Both the position numbers and the translations under genes were made by a program. Below the pieces are notes generated by a model. That model worked only from the letters and a program-made list of their open reading frames with translations, was not told the origin of the DNA and ran no database searches. Of a stretch of 64,000 nt of DNA, positions 18,735-29,097 are shown piece by piece. Source of the DNA: Candidatus Hodarchaeota archaeon (lineage in GTDB: Archaea; Asgardarchaeota; Heimdallarchaeia; Hodarchaeales; Hodarchaeaceae); contig JAHQWW010000003.1 of the NCBI GenBank assembly GCA_029856365.1, positions 52,040 through 116,039 on the forward strand. The letters are read 5' to 3'. Numbering within the stretch: the first letter of the stretch is position 1; each line of letters begins with the position of its first letter.

Positions 18735-20201
18735 ATGAGTGTAATAAGCATGACAAGTGTAATAAAAATCATTGCAGGCATATTCATCATATTAATTGGA
18801 TTTCCCATCTTTATTGGTGGTTCAGCGATTCTTCTTTTTGTCCCGCTATTTACTGATGGCGAAGGGTATTTTATGACAGATCCGATTGCTATTTCATCGG
18901 AGGATCTGAACGCTAATTTTTCAGCAATTCGAGTAGATATTCCTCTTGATGACGTTCAAATAGGGGTGCAAATTGATCCTGCTAAATTTGTCAAGTTCAA
19001 AATGAATGTTCATGGACAAACCCGCTCAGAGGAAGTCTTCTTGGGTTTGTGTACTGCAGACGAAGCTGATACATTTCTAGGTACGAATATTGCTTATCTT
19101 CTGATTCGAAATTTTGAATATTATGGCTTTGACCTTGGTGAAAATAGAGAAGATCCTATTTATCAGATGGAGTATGAAATTTTTCCAAATTCTACCAATT
19201 GGACTCTTCCATTGGAAGACAGTGTATCTTGGCTTACAGGAGGTTATAGTGATACCTCTTTCAAATGGGATCCGTCATACGAAACCTTAACAGGAAACGA
19301 ACCTATCTCACTAATTCTAATGCACGAAGACCTTGGTGAATCAATTAGTGTTGATATAACTTTCAGTGTTGGTGCGAATGTTCCTATAATAAATGCAATC
19401 GGATGGATACTCCTCATATTTGGTGGTTTATTCACCTTATTGGGTATTATCCTTGTATGGAGTGGGATGCGAACTAAAAAGCCTCAAGTTGAGCGTGTAC
19501 GATATTACTACGGAGCTTCAGCACAGATAGTTGAACCTGTAAGCAAACCTACTCCCAAATTCCAACTTCAATGTTCCAACTGTGGTTCATTAAATGAACC
19601 AGATAGCGCATTCTGCTCTCAATGTGGTGAGATTCTCCTTTCAGAGGATCGAAAATCCGTAGAAGATGTGGTAGAAGGGAAAAAAATCGAGCTATATGAA
19701 CCAGTAGGAACTAAACTAGTTGTAGCAGAAGGTTGGCCTCGCTTCTGGGCATGGTTAATTGACATCTTCATCGTTGGTATGATCACGAGTATTCTGAGCT
19801 CGATAGTGTTCTTTTCTTTCAGTAATTGGGATTGGTGGTCATTTGGTTTCTGGAACCCCTTTCAATGGTTATTTAGTCTCGGACCCTCTTCAATAATTTT
19901 CCTTTTGTACTGTATTTTCATGGAATATTACTATGGGCAGACTATAGGAAAGATGGTTCTGAATCTCGAGGTAGTGTCAGAAACCACTGGGGATCGTCCC
20001 GTATTGCAAGATTTAATCATTTCTGCGCTAGGAAAATCCTTCTTTCTTCCATTGGACGTGATATTAGGATGGTTTGCACGTGACAAGAGCCAAGTACCAA
20101 ATCTTGAGCAACGATTGACCCAGAAATGGGCTCGAATCGTTGTTATAGTTCAACAGAAGAAAAAGGAGAAATCTGCTCAATTTGTTTCCAGTAGAATTTG
20201 A
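18735..20201 (+). CDS. Membrane protein with extracellular loop, Zn-ribbon and C-terminal RDD domain
   Basis: Two TMs flanking a beta-rich region; CSNCG...FCSQCG; RFWAWLID...GQTIGKMVLNLEVV (RDD). Confidence 0.85.
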   Translation: MSVISMTSVIKIIAGIFIILIGFPIFIGGSAILLFVPLFTDGEGYFMTDPIAISSEDLNANFSAIRVDIPLDDVQIGVQIDPAKFVKFKMNVHGQTRSEEVFLGLCTADEADTFLGTNIAYLLIRNFEYYGFDLGENREDPIYQMEYEIFPNSTNWTLPLEDSVSWLTGGYSDTSFKWDPSYETLTGNEPISLILMHEDLGESISVDITFSVGANVPIINAIGWILLIFGGLFTLLGIILVWSGMRTKKPQVERVRYYYGASAQIVEPVSKPTPKFQLQCSNCGSLNEPDSAFCSQCGEILLSEDRKSVEDVVEGKKIELYEPVGTKLVVAEGWPRFWAWLIDIFIVGMITSILSSIVFFSFSNWDWWSFGFWNPFQWLFSLGPSSIIFLLYCIFMEYYYGQTIGKMVLNLEVVSETTGDRPVLQDLIISALGKSFFLPLDVILGWFARDKSQVPNLEQRLTQKWARIVVIVQQKKKEKSAQFVSSRI

Positions 20202-20268
20202 GAAAACTTTACTACCTCCTCCACCTTTTTTTCTTTTCATCTTTTTTACTTGATTTAATTTCCACCAG

Positions 20269-20751
20269 TCAAATTGAACTCTTGATTCCCTCATCAGTCA
20301 TCAGGACTTCATGGGACTCTTTTAAAACCCGTTGATAATCATCGAATGTGAGTAACGAGAGAGCTTCTTCAAACGTAACCCATCGCCAGTTGATATGCTC
20401 TGGAGAAATATTTATTTCTTTAGAAAAGAATCTAACTAAAAAAAATACTACTTTTTTGACTATTGTTTTTGGGCCTCGTTTAGGAAAATAGATTGAATCA
20501 CTAAGTAATCTTCTAATAATTTTGAAGTTTGATTGCCCTGTTTCTTCACGGATTTCGCGAATAGCGGTTTGCTCATAGGATTCCCCTTTATCTTGACGCC
20601 CTTTAGGAAATGCCCAATACTTGATAGGTCCATGGTGTTGTACTAATAAATAGAGAGGTTTATTCCGTTTATCCAGTTCATTGATGTACACAGGCACCCC
20701 TCCGCACGAAATTTCATCGAAATGAGGGAGAAATTCCTGTTTGGAGGTCAT
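20269..20751 (-). CDS. Nudix hydrolase (Ap4A hydrolase-like)
   Basis: WAFPKG-x5-E...AIREIREETG Nudix box; SPEH. Confidence 0.9.
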   Translation of the reverse strand: MTSKQEFLPHFDEISCGGVPVYINELDKRNKPLYLLVQHHGPIKYWAFPKGRQDKGESYEQTAIREIREETGQSNFKIIRRLLSDSIYFPKRGPKTIVKKVVFFLVRFFSKEINISPEHINWRWVTFEEALSLLTFDDYQRVLKESHEVLMTDEGIKSSI

Positions 20752-20976
20752 AAATTGGCATTCCTTGACATTGGGATTAGGAATATTGACTAATCATACT
20801 ATTACAAGCAATGTTTTAATAGTTAAAGATGTTCTGTTATAAGCATAGTAAATCATTTGTTCATTATTAGGCATACTAATAGAGAAATAATTTAAAACTT
20901 ATTATTCTGTTTCTGAAAGTGAATAAAAAACACAATTAATGTGTAAAGGATTGACACATTATCTGGAGATAGATCT

Positions 20977-21864
20977 GTGAAAGAAAAGGACATCATTAAA
21001 TACCGTGTGATTCTGAAACACGAGGATCCATCGACTGATATTTCAAATGTAAAAGGAGTCTTATCATTCCAAAGGAATGAAATATTTTTCACCCCCCATG
21101 ATCTTGATCCAAACCTAGAAAGAACTTATGCTTTAAATGAATTAACAAGTGCAACATTAGTTACTGCGCGAGAATGGTTCAAGAAAAAAGAAATGGTGTC
21201 ACTACAATTTACAAAGAGGCATGTTTCTGTATCCGTCCTTTTTGAACCCATTGATGTATCGCCTGAGTTTTTTTTGCAGGAAATCCTGAAGCTTCAGGAG
21301 CATATAACAAAAGGATCTTTTTCTGGTGTAGTAGGATCTCTGATTGAAAAAATTGGAGAAGAAGGCCAGAAGATAGTCCGTGAAGTCGGGGCAATGATTC
21401 AATCTTCTTCCCAAGAAATTACCCAAGCTATTGATCAAACGAGACAGTTCATCAGAGAAGCAACAAAGACGGCTAACTTATTGGAATCTGTCGATGTAGA
21501 TCCTGAGAGAAAAAGTAAAACAATCAATTTAGAGGTAACCGATATCGATGAAATTCTAAAGAGGTCTCTAGCTTCAGAAAAAATAGAAGCAATGATTTCT
21601 GGTTTGATAGCTAAAGGCCTAATTTCTGCAAAGGATCAAAAATTTCAGGAGGCGTTAGATGCTTTAAAGATTGCTCGAGAAGCTGCAAAGAATGAAAATC
21701 TGAAAGAATATACTGAGGTTGCTGATGAAAATATTAAACAGATTGAAAACCTAGATACTGAGAATCTAGATAAAAAAGCTATCAAATATGCTAATGAGGC
21801 TCGTGATATTGTAGCAGAATGGGAAGCGTCAAAAAATAATGAAAAAAAAGATGTACCTGATTAA
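20977..21864 (+). CDS. Hypothetical protein: PH/GRAM-like N-terminus + helical (TPR/MIT-like) C-terminus
   Basis: GVLSFQRNEIFFTP...YALNELTSA is PH-like; IAKGLISAKDQKFQEALDALKIARE is a helical repeat. The ORF is solid; the domains are tentative. Confidence 0.6.
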   Translation: MKEKDIIKYRVILKHEDPSTDISNVKGVLSFQRNEIFFTPHDLDPNLERTYALNELTSATLVTAREWFKKKEMVSLQFTKRHVSVSVLFEPIDVSPEFFLQEILKLQEHITKGSFSGVVGSLIEKIGEEGQKIVREVGAMIQSSSQEITQAIDQTRQFIREATKTANLLESVDVDPERKSKTINLEVTDIDEILKRSLASEKIEAMISGLIAKGLISAKDQKFQEALDALKIAREAAKNENLKEYTEVADENIKQIENLDTENLDKKAIKYANEARDIVAEWEASKNNEKKDVPD

Positions 21865-22966
21865 ACGGATCATTATAATAATATGTATTATATGGAATTC
21901 GTCCTTTACAATCCCTCTTTGGGCTGTAAGTTATGTTCATTCCCCCTCATCTTATGAAATATTTGTAAACTATGATTTTAAATTTAACAGCACACGAGCT
22001 TATGATATTATCCAAAAGCAAGTCAAATTTGGGCCGCGTTTTCCTGGTTCTGAAGGTATTGAGAAAACTAGAGGATTGATCGCTTCAGAACTCCTCCCAA
22101 CTCAAAAGTGGGTCATCTCATATCAAAATTTCTCAAAAAATTGGATAGATGGCCAAGAAGTAAATCTAGTGAATGTCATTTGCAATCCTATTGATTGGGA
22201 TCCAATGCGGCAATCCTTTTTTCTAATAGCCCATTATGATACACGATTATGGGCTGATGAAGATCCTGATCCTGTAAACCGAAAAAAACCTGTTCTTGGT
22301 GCAAATGATGGTGCTTCAGGAGTAGCAGTAGTACTAGAGCTTGGAAGGGTATTACTTGAAGACCACAATGTCACAAATTTTCAATTAATTTTCTTTGATG
22401 GCGAAGATCAAGGAGATATTTATGGTTGGGATTGGTTAGCAGGATCTCGATTTTATGTTGAGTCTCCTCTGTTTAAGAGTCAAAATTTATCGTTTGTAAT
22501 TCTATTTGATATGGTTGCTGGGAAAAATGCTATATTTAAGCGGGAAAAGTATTCCGATCAATATGCAGGTAAACTTGTAAACCAGATTTGGAATGAAGCA
22601 AAGGAATTGGGCTTTAACAATTATTTTGTAAATCAATCTGGAGGCTATATATTAGATGATCATTTTCCTTTTATCCAAAAAGGATTCCCAGCCATTGACA
22701 TTATTGATGATTTTTCTCATCGTTTCAAACCTTGGCATACAAGCTTTGATAATATGACTTTCATTGATACCAGAACTCTAGAAGCTGTGGGTTATACCCT
22801 AGAATCAGTATTAACTCGTCTTACGGCCTCAATGGAATGGTTATCTAGACTTTCAACATTCCATTTTCAAAGTCCAGTTAAAATCTTTGATTTCATGAGT
22901 GGATGTCTTCTACTTACATTTGGAATGATATATCGAAAAAGAAAGAATGTAAAACATCGGATTTAA
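21839..22966 (+). CDS. Membrane-anchored M28 peptidase / glutaminyl cyclase-like protein
   Basis: Signal peptide; AHYDTR, GANDGASG, FFDGED, DDH, WHT; C-terminal hydrophobic + basic tail. Confidence 0.9.
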   Translation: MKKKMYLIKRIIIIICIIWNSSFTIPLWAVSYVHSPSSYEIFVNYDFKFNSTRAYDIIQKQVKFGPRFPGSEGIEKTRGLIASELLPTQKWVISYQNFSKNWIDGQEVNLVNVICNPIDWDPMRQSFFLIAHYDTRLWADEDPDPVNRKKPVLGANDGASGVAVVLELGRVLLEDHNVTNFQLIFFDGEDQGDIYGWDWLAGSRFYVESPLFKSQNLSFVILFDMVAGKNAIFKREKYSDQYAGKLVNQIWNEAKELGFNNYFVNQSGGYILDDHFPFIQKGFPAIDIIDDFSHRFKPWHTSFDNMTFIDTRTLEAVGYTLESVLTRLTASMEWLSRLSTFHFQSPVKIFDFMSGCLLLTFGMIYRKRKNVKHRI

Positions 22967-23105
22967 CCATGACTCCTAAGGAGAATTAGTTGAAAAACTA
23001 TTGTATAAGAAAATAATTTAAAACTGGATCAATAATTTTCGATTAAATCCACAAAGTGACAAAGTATTTATTTTGTGTCCTAAATCCATCAAAAAACAGT
23101 GAGAG

Positions 23106-23579
23106 ATGATAATCATGCCCATGACTAAAGAATTGAGCTCTCAATTAACTTTTAGGCCTCTTACAGAGGATGATATTGATACTATTGTAAGAATTGATGA
23201 ACAAATTCTTCGAAGAAAACGTTCTACGTTATTTCATGACCAATTGCGTGAACAAATTCAAAAACATGGCGAAGAAAGTTTTGGGGCACTTAATGATGAT
23301 GGGGCACTCATCGGATATCTCATCGCTGAAACTGTGGTTTATATTTATGGAGAAGACGACCTCAGTGCCTGGATCATTTTACTAGGAGTCGATCCTGCAC
23401 ATCAGGATAAAGGTGTAGGAACAGCTCTTGTAAAAAAAGCAATCAACTACTTTGGTGAAAAGGGAATTAAAACGATTCGTACAATCTGTGCATGGAATTG
23501 GGGTGATTTAGTCGAATTTTTTAGCTCAGTTGGATTCGATCTCTCCACTTACTTGACATTGGAATTGAACATTGGATAA
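23106..23579 (+). CDS. GNAT-family acetyltransferase
   Basis: LGVDPAHQDKGVGTAL motif A; FFSSVGF. Confidence 0.9.
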   Translation: MIIMPMTKELSSQLTFRPLTEDDIDTIVRIDEQILRRKRSTLFHDQLREQIQKHGEESFGALNDDGALIGYLIAETVVYIYGEDDLSAWIILLGVDPAHQDKGVGTALVKKAINYFGEKGIKTIRTICAWNWGDLVEFFSSVGFDLSTYLTLELNIG

Positions 23580-23601
23580 AGTCCATAGGAGTAAAAAAAA
23601 A

Positions 23602-23748
23602 ATGAGTGAACTCATCCGACAAAGTAAATTCGAAGTTTATGGCGAAGAAATGTTAGAAAAAGAAGTAAAAAAGAGTGGAAATAGTGGTCGGGTATATCTA
23701 CCACCCTCTTGGATTGGAAAACGGGTGAAAATTATTCGCATGGACTGA
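23602..23748 (+). CDS. DUF2080-family small AbrB-like protein (48 aa; below the ORF-track cutoff)
   Basis: MSELIRQSKFEVYGEEMLEKEVKKSGNSGRVYLPPSWIGKRVKIIRMD; AGGAG SD; the EKxVKxxGNSGRVYLPxxWIG motif is typical of DUF2080. Confidence 0.85.
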   Translation: MSELIRQSKFEVYGEEMLEKEVKKSGNSGRVYLPPSWIGKRVKIIRMD

Positions 23749-23761
23749 TAAGTACTGATGT

Positions 23762-25012
23762 TCAATTTTTGCTAGGAACATCTGTTATTGATGCTTTTTT
23801 ATTCTTCTTTTTCCGTAAAGCCTCGGTGTTATCCCGAAGCTCAGATATCATGACCCCTGATTCTTTATATAATTTATCAGCTTGTTCCAGATCAAAGTAA
23901 AGATCATTTTCAATCCATTTATACTTACGGTACTTGTAAAGTGAGATACTGCCAATTCTAGATTCAATGGCAGGGATATCCCTTTGTATGAGAGTCTCAA
24001 GTTCTTCAACTGACAAATTTGCAAGTTTACTGAAGTTTTCCGACACAAAGATTTTGCATCTCTCCAGCTCAGTCTTAATTTTTACCAATTCAGCTTGATA
24101 TTCCGTAATAATGGGATCTTTTATCTCCTTATAAATTTTTAAGACCATATCACTGTCGACATTAAACAAATACTCATCATAGTATTGGATAGCAATTAAG
24201 CTATCACCTTGTGCTACTTTCTCAATTTCCGAAACGATGACTTCAGCTGGTAATTGTTGTAAGGCCCAAATTGCCTTTCCTTGAACATTCACATCCCTAT
24301 CCTTAGCTACCTGTAATAGAGGGAGGACTGAATCAGTATGCCTGATTTTACCTAAAGCTTCTGCAGCATTTCCACGAGTTCCTTTATCTTTGTCCTTTAA
24401 AGCGTTAATCAAAACAGAAAGAGCCCTAGCATCTTTTAACTCACCGAGACTCCAACTCATTTCTCGACGAGCATATTCTTCAGGTTCCTTCTCCAGCGCT
24501 TTTATCAGGGGTTCAATAGCATTTAGAACCCTAATTTGCCCTATGGCGTGGGCAGCATTTTCTCGTACTTCAGAGCTTTCAGTATCATTAAGTACTTTAA
24601 TAAGACTCAGTCCTGCTTCAATAGCTATATCTCCCATTTCTCCTAATTGTTTGGCAACCATAGCACGAAAATCTGGATCCTCATCGGATTCTAAATACTT
24701 AACAAGGGGGTTAACAGTTGATTTATTTGCGATCTCGCCAAGTGCTTCAACTGCACCAAATCTTACTGTCCAATAGTCAATTGATGGATCTAAAGCAGCA
24801 AGTATTTTTGGTATAGCCATTTGGGGATTATTTTTACCTAAGATAACTAGTTGATTGACTGCTGATGCACGAATAAGTAACTGATGACTCTCTAACGCTC
24901 GTAGCATAACATCGCACAAAGCATCAGGAGGTAGTTCTTGGTCATCAGGTATTTGCATGATTTTTCGAAGGGCAGGATCTATATCTTCCTCTTTATTTGG
25001 GATCACAGTCAT
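23762..25012 (-). CDS. HEAT (PBS-lyase-like) repeat protein with helical C-terminus
   Basis: ~7 repeats such as VRFGAVEALGEI, VRENAAHAIGQI, TRGNAAEALGKI. Confidence 0.9.
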   Translation of the reverse strand: MTVIPNKEEDIDPALRKIMQIPDDQELPPDALCDVMLRALESHQLLIRASAVNQLVILGKNNPQMAIPKILAALDPSIDYWTVRFGAVEALGEIANKSTVNPLVKYLESDEDPDFRAMVAKQLGEMGDIAIEAGLSLIKVLNDTESSEVRENAAHAIGQIRVLNAIEPLIKALEKEPEEYARREMSWSLGELKDARALSVLINALKDKDKGTRGNAAEALGKIRHTDSVLPLLQVAKDRDVNVQGKAIWALQQLPAEVIVSEIEKVAQGDSLIAIQYYDEYLFNVDSDMVLKIYKEIKDPIITEYQAELVKIKTELERCKIFVSENFSKLANLSVEELETLIQRDIPAIESRIGSISLYKYRKYKWIENDLYFDLEQADKLYKESGVMISELRDNTEALRKKKNKKASITDVPSKN

Positions 25013-25348
25013 TACTCCTGAAATAAGCTTATCTTAATTCAAATAAGCATCTAATAATATTTATCTATTTACTGAATAAATCATACTTCATTTAAAGGAC
25101 AATTTTTCCAAGAACAACAATAATTCAAAAACTATTACTTAGTGAATAAAAGATCATCGACTTATCTGATAATAAATTACTCTATTTACTAAATAGGCCT
25201 TTATATGAATGTAAAGTCCAGGAAAGACCTCGGAATAAGTTATAAAATTTGTTACTGAAAAACAGTAGTAGACTTTTTAAAGACTCTGATGTTAAGAACA
25301 GTTCAAAAATACATTTATGAAAAAGGGAAAAATTAAGAATCTGAGGTT

Positions 25349-25843
25349 TTAACCAATCCGAACTTCAACTATTTGTTGCTTCGTTCGCAAGTTAGAAGAT
25401 AAGAAACGTCCTTCTACTGAAGATAATTCCATCATTAGTGGATTATTTGTCCATGAACAACGAATTGAAGCCCCTTCAAAAACCCGTTCTGTTATCTCTG
25501 GATTTCCTCGTACAATGACTGGTTCTTGAAACTCAAATCCATTTTTGACCTTCTTTACTTGCAGAAAAAAAACAGAAAGTGCTATCCCTCGCTTCATCAT
25601 ACTAGATACATTCTCCTCTACTTCAATGGCCTGATTCTCCACGTTCCAGAAAATTCGAGCACGAATGCGTCGCGGCTCTGGTTGTTCAATATTGATAAAT
25701 CTCATACCAGTAATGAAGAAACCCGTCCTGTTTCGACCATCTTCATCTTTCAATCCTTTCACATTGAGATGACTTTCTACATCAATAATGGGGTAGATTT
25801 CGATTTTTTTTACTTCATCGATTCGGGTCATTCTCATTCTCAT
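25349..25843 (-). CDS. Hypothetical beta-rich protein
   Basis: 164-aa ORF co-oriented 34 nt behind the aminotransferase; no recognised motif. Confidence 0.65.
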   Translation of the reverse strand: MRMRMTRIDEVKKIEIYPIIDVESHLNVKGLKDEDGRNRTGFFITGMRFINIEQPEPRRIRARIFWNVENQAIEVEENVSSMMKRGIALSVFFLQVKKVKNGFEFQEPVIVRGNPEITERVFEGASIRCSWTNNPLMMELSSVEGRFLSSNLRTKQQIVEVRIG

Positions 25844-25877
25844 TCCTAAGTGCTACATTTTACCAAGTCAATAATTA

Positions 25878-27080
25878 CTATACTGTTTTCAAGAAGGATT
25901 CAACATGATCTAAGGCTTCCCTCATCATTGTGACATCAGGAAGTACAACAGATCGGAAATGGCCTTTTCCTAGCTCTCCAAAACCACTTCCAAATACGAA
26001 AAGTACGCCTGTTTCTTGAAGAAGATCCAACACAAAACGACGGTCATTGATATCTTTGCTAATCCGGGGAAACGCGTAAAAAGCTCCCTTGGGCGGAACA
26101 ACAGATAATCCATTCATTCCATTTACTCGCGTTGAAAAATAATCAGCACGCTTTTCCAGTTTTTCAATAACTGCAGGTAGAAAATCCATTTCTTTGTTAA
26201 TGATTTTACTCACTGCTACTTGCACGGGGCTATTAGCGCACAACCGAATCCGTGACTGTTTGGCTAATGCTTCCCAAAATTCTGAGTAGATATCATTATC
26301 ATCCCTTAATATTGCCCACCCTAAACGCCATCCTGGGGAAAGCAACGTTTTTGAAATACCATTTAACTCTAAAACTGGTATATCTGTTATTGAAGCCGTT
26401 GATCGAAAATTCTTCTCGAATGTCAGTAAATCATAAATTTCGTCAGAGATTAATAGAAGATTGTGTTCCCCAGCGAGGTCTGCAATCTTTTTCACAACTT
26501 TTTTTGAATAAACTGCTCCAGTAGGATTATTAGGATTGATTATAATAATTGCCTGAGTTTTTGGAGATATTTTTCTTTGAATATCTTCAACATCAGGTTG
26601 CCAATCTTCTGATTCTAGAGTATGATATTCTACCGGAGAAATATTATGATAATTAAAATACGATAAATATGGAGGATACGCAGGAGAAGGCACTAATACT
26701 TCTGTTCCAGCTTTAAGACTTGCAGATATGAATGATATTGCTTCAGAGACCCCTGATGTGACCAGGATTTTGTTAAGATCTAAATCAGTTCCCCAAAGTC
26801 GTTTCTGTCTTTTAACTATTTCTTTACGTAAGGTAGGATCCCCTGCAGAATCACTATAGTAGTTAGCCTTATCTTTTGTAACTGCCTCCAATAATGCCTG
26901 TTTTAGAAAATCGGGAGTATCGAAGTCAAATTTATCAGGATCACCAATGTTAAAGTAATAAAGCTTTTTTCCTTGTTTTTCTACCTTTTTAGCTAGAATT
27001 ACAATGTCTCTAATTGCATATTGGATATTAGTAACGTTCGGTGAGAGTTCCATAAGTGTACCTTCTTTAAATGCGGACAT
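25878..27080 (-). CDS. Class I/II aminotransferase (alanine aminotransferase-like)
   Basis: YAIRD, NIGDP, INPNNPTG, SDEIYD, NGISK..PGWRLGW. Confidence 0.92.
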   Translation of the reverse strand: MSAFKEGTLMELSPNVTNIQYAIRDIVILAKKVEKQGKKLYYFNIGDPDKFDFDTPDFLKQALLEAVTKDKANYYSDSAGDPTLRKEIVKRQKRLWGTDLDLNKILVTSGVSEAISFISASLKAGTEVLVPSPAYPPYLSYFNYHNISPVEYHTLESEDWQPDVEDIQRKISPKTQAIIIINPNNPTGAVYSKKVVKKIADLAGEHNLLLISDEIYDLLTFEKNFRSTASITDIPVLELNGISKTLLSPGWRLGWAILRDDNDIYSEFWEALAKQSRIRLCANSPVQVAVSKIINKEMDFLPAVIEKLEKRADYFSTRVNGMNGLSVVPPKGAFYAFPRISKDINDRRFVLDLLQETGVLFVFGSGFGELGKGHFRSVVLPDVTMMREALDHVESFLKTV

Positions 27081-27510
27081 GCTCTTTCCTATATCTAACG
27101 AAGGAGAATTAACCTGAAAGAACAGTAAGGAGTTGTTAATTAAGTTGTTTAATCAACATTTACTTAAACTCTTCTATTTCTCTAGACATGATTCCTTTGA
27201 TTTTCAGAACTATTATTTCAAGTTCTAGTTGATTTTATTTCTTTATCCTTTAATCCTGCATAATTCATTACAATGAAAAGTTAAAAATGGATTTTTAACG
27301 CGAAAAATCAATTATGGCTTTAAACTAAATGAATACCTATTTTAAAGTATCATATAGATAACTTTCAGAAATTTTATCGGGTTTTGACTAATTGAAATCA
27401 AACACCCTCTATTACTCAAAGAAAAAATGATCTTCCTTTTGCAAGCCTTTTTTAAATTTTAAAAAATTAGGATGATTAATAGAAAGTAACACTCGAGGAA
27501 GGTAATCTCA

Positions 27511-28200
27511 TTGAGTACTGATGTAGAATCATTATCTGTACTTATTGCCTCCATTGTAGATCTTGGAGCTAAAATCTGTGTTTTATCAGACATTTCAGGG
27601 TTACCTATTGTTACTCGTTCGAAAATAAACATAGAAGATGTAGAAATTGCACTTAGTGCTCTCAGTAGTCTCGTTATTTCAACAGGAGATACTATTGCCC
27701 GAGAATTAGAAGGGAATTTTTCAAATATGTCCGTTCGAACGAGTGGTGGTCTGCTTCTTTCTACTGTCATCGATTCAAATCCCAAAGTGGTTCTTACAGC
27801 TATTGTTGATGAGAATCTTGAAACTACAGTCATCCATGAAATGCGTCGTCTTCAACCAATTATCTCCAATGCCATTGAGGGAGTAGCCATTGAGATAAAA
27901 GAACGTGAAAGATTACAGGCCCCAGATCAACGAAAAATTCTCACATTTTTTGATTCATTTTCTCTTAAAGTAAACCAAGCAGACTCTCCAAATAATTTGG
28001 TTAGTATTATTCAAGCAGCTAAAGATGATCTGTTTACATTAGTCAATTCAGGAACAATATCTTATGAAATGAATCGATTTGCTCTTAAGCTGGAAAAATA
28101 CATCCAATACGAATCTCTCAACCCAGAAACTCTATCGAAAATCAAAGAAGAAATCAAAAAAGCTGTAGAAGATTGGAAAAGACGACTCTTACCAGAATAG
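27511..28200 (+). CDS. Roadblock-domain protein with C-terminal helical domain
   Basis: CVLSDISGLPIV...ALSSLVISTGDTIAREL...VVLTAIVD; GAAGGT SD before TTG. Confidence 0.8.
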   Translation: MSTDVESLSVLIASIVDLGAKICVLSDISGLPIVTRSKINIEDVEIALSALSSLVISTGDTIARELEGNFSNMSVRTSGGLLLSTVIDSNPKVVLTAIVDENLETTVIHEMRRLQPIISNAIEGVAIEIKERERLQAPDQRKILTFFDSFSLKVNQADSPNNLVSIIQAAKDDLFTLVNSGTISYEMNRFALKLEKYIQYESLNPETLSKIKEEIKKAVEDWKRRLLPE

Positions 28201-28736
28201 ATCCATTTCACTTATTTGTTGTTAGAAAAACCTGTTTTATCATTTACTTTTCATAACGAATAGAGTTGTTTGTCAGTGATTTGTTGTACATTCAATGTTT
28301 CTTAAGTGAAAATCTGTTATTCATAAAATACAGCAACAAGAGAATTCCAATATGGAAACCAGATAACGATAAGAACCTGCAAACTTATAAGAGGAATTTC
28401 AGTAAAATCTAAACTTTGATAAGGTGTATTTTTGAAGCACTCAAAGGTAAGTATTTAATTAATGTCTAATAACAATATGCCTCTAGCAATATTCGTACTT
28501 GAAAATTGTTCCAAAGTACTCCGCGATCTCATGCCTCGAATATCACTAGATTTATCCTCATCCATGATCTGAAAGTTCCTCATGTGATATGACTTTCACA
28601 TTCTTACAAGCTGATATCTCATGTTAAGGCAAGCATCTGTCGAAGTAAAAAACGGTAAGAAGGGCTCTATTTTCGTAAAAACATGAATCGTCTATACGGG
28701 AAAACTTATAATCTAGGATGTGTTAGACTTATGTAA

Positions 28737-28797
28737 GAAAGAAAGGGCTTCAGTTCGTTTAACTCTTTTATGGTTACCGCAAACCGCCTTTTCTTTC
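28737..28797 (+). ncRNA. Candidate small structured RNA (three-way junction)
   Basis: 12-bp closing stem GAAAGAAAGGGC/GCCTTTTCTTTC with two inner hairpins. GGGAAAAC-TTATAA promoter-like motif at 28698-28711, ~25 nt upstream; pyrimidine tract downstream. Confidence 0.45.
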
Positions 28798-29097
28798 ACC
28801 TTTTCTCCCAAACAATAATTTCTCCATGTTTTATTTGAATTCTACCGTTTTTAGCAATGGTTAGTTTTTTTATCATTAGGTGTCATGAGTGTGTAGAAGT
28901 AATACAGCAAAAACTTTTTTGTCGGCTTCTTTCTCCTCAAACTGCTATTTATAAGGTTTTTAACCATTGAACAATACGACAAAAATGATGAATTATCTTG
29001 TTTAGAATCATGCTTCTCAATAGTTATATATTATGTTAATTGAAGTTTATAATTTTAGTAAAAAATCAAAAAAAATTCTTTTAAGGTTAAAAGAAAA

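Noticed and set aside
23602-23748. DUF2080 as a marker of an IS element
   Set aside because: No tnpA/tnpB, terminal hairpins or target duplications flank it.
28200-28690. Short minus-strand reading frames (~40 codons) in the gap
   Set aside because: No recognisable motif or SD; they cannot be told from chance or a decayed gene without a search.
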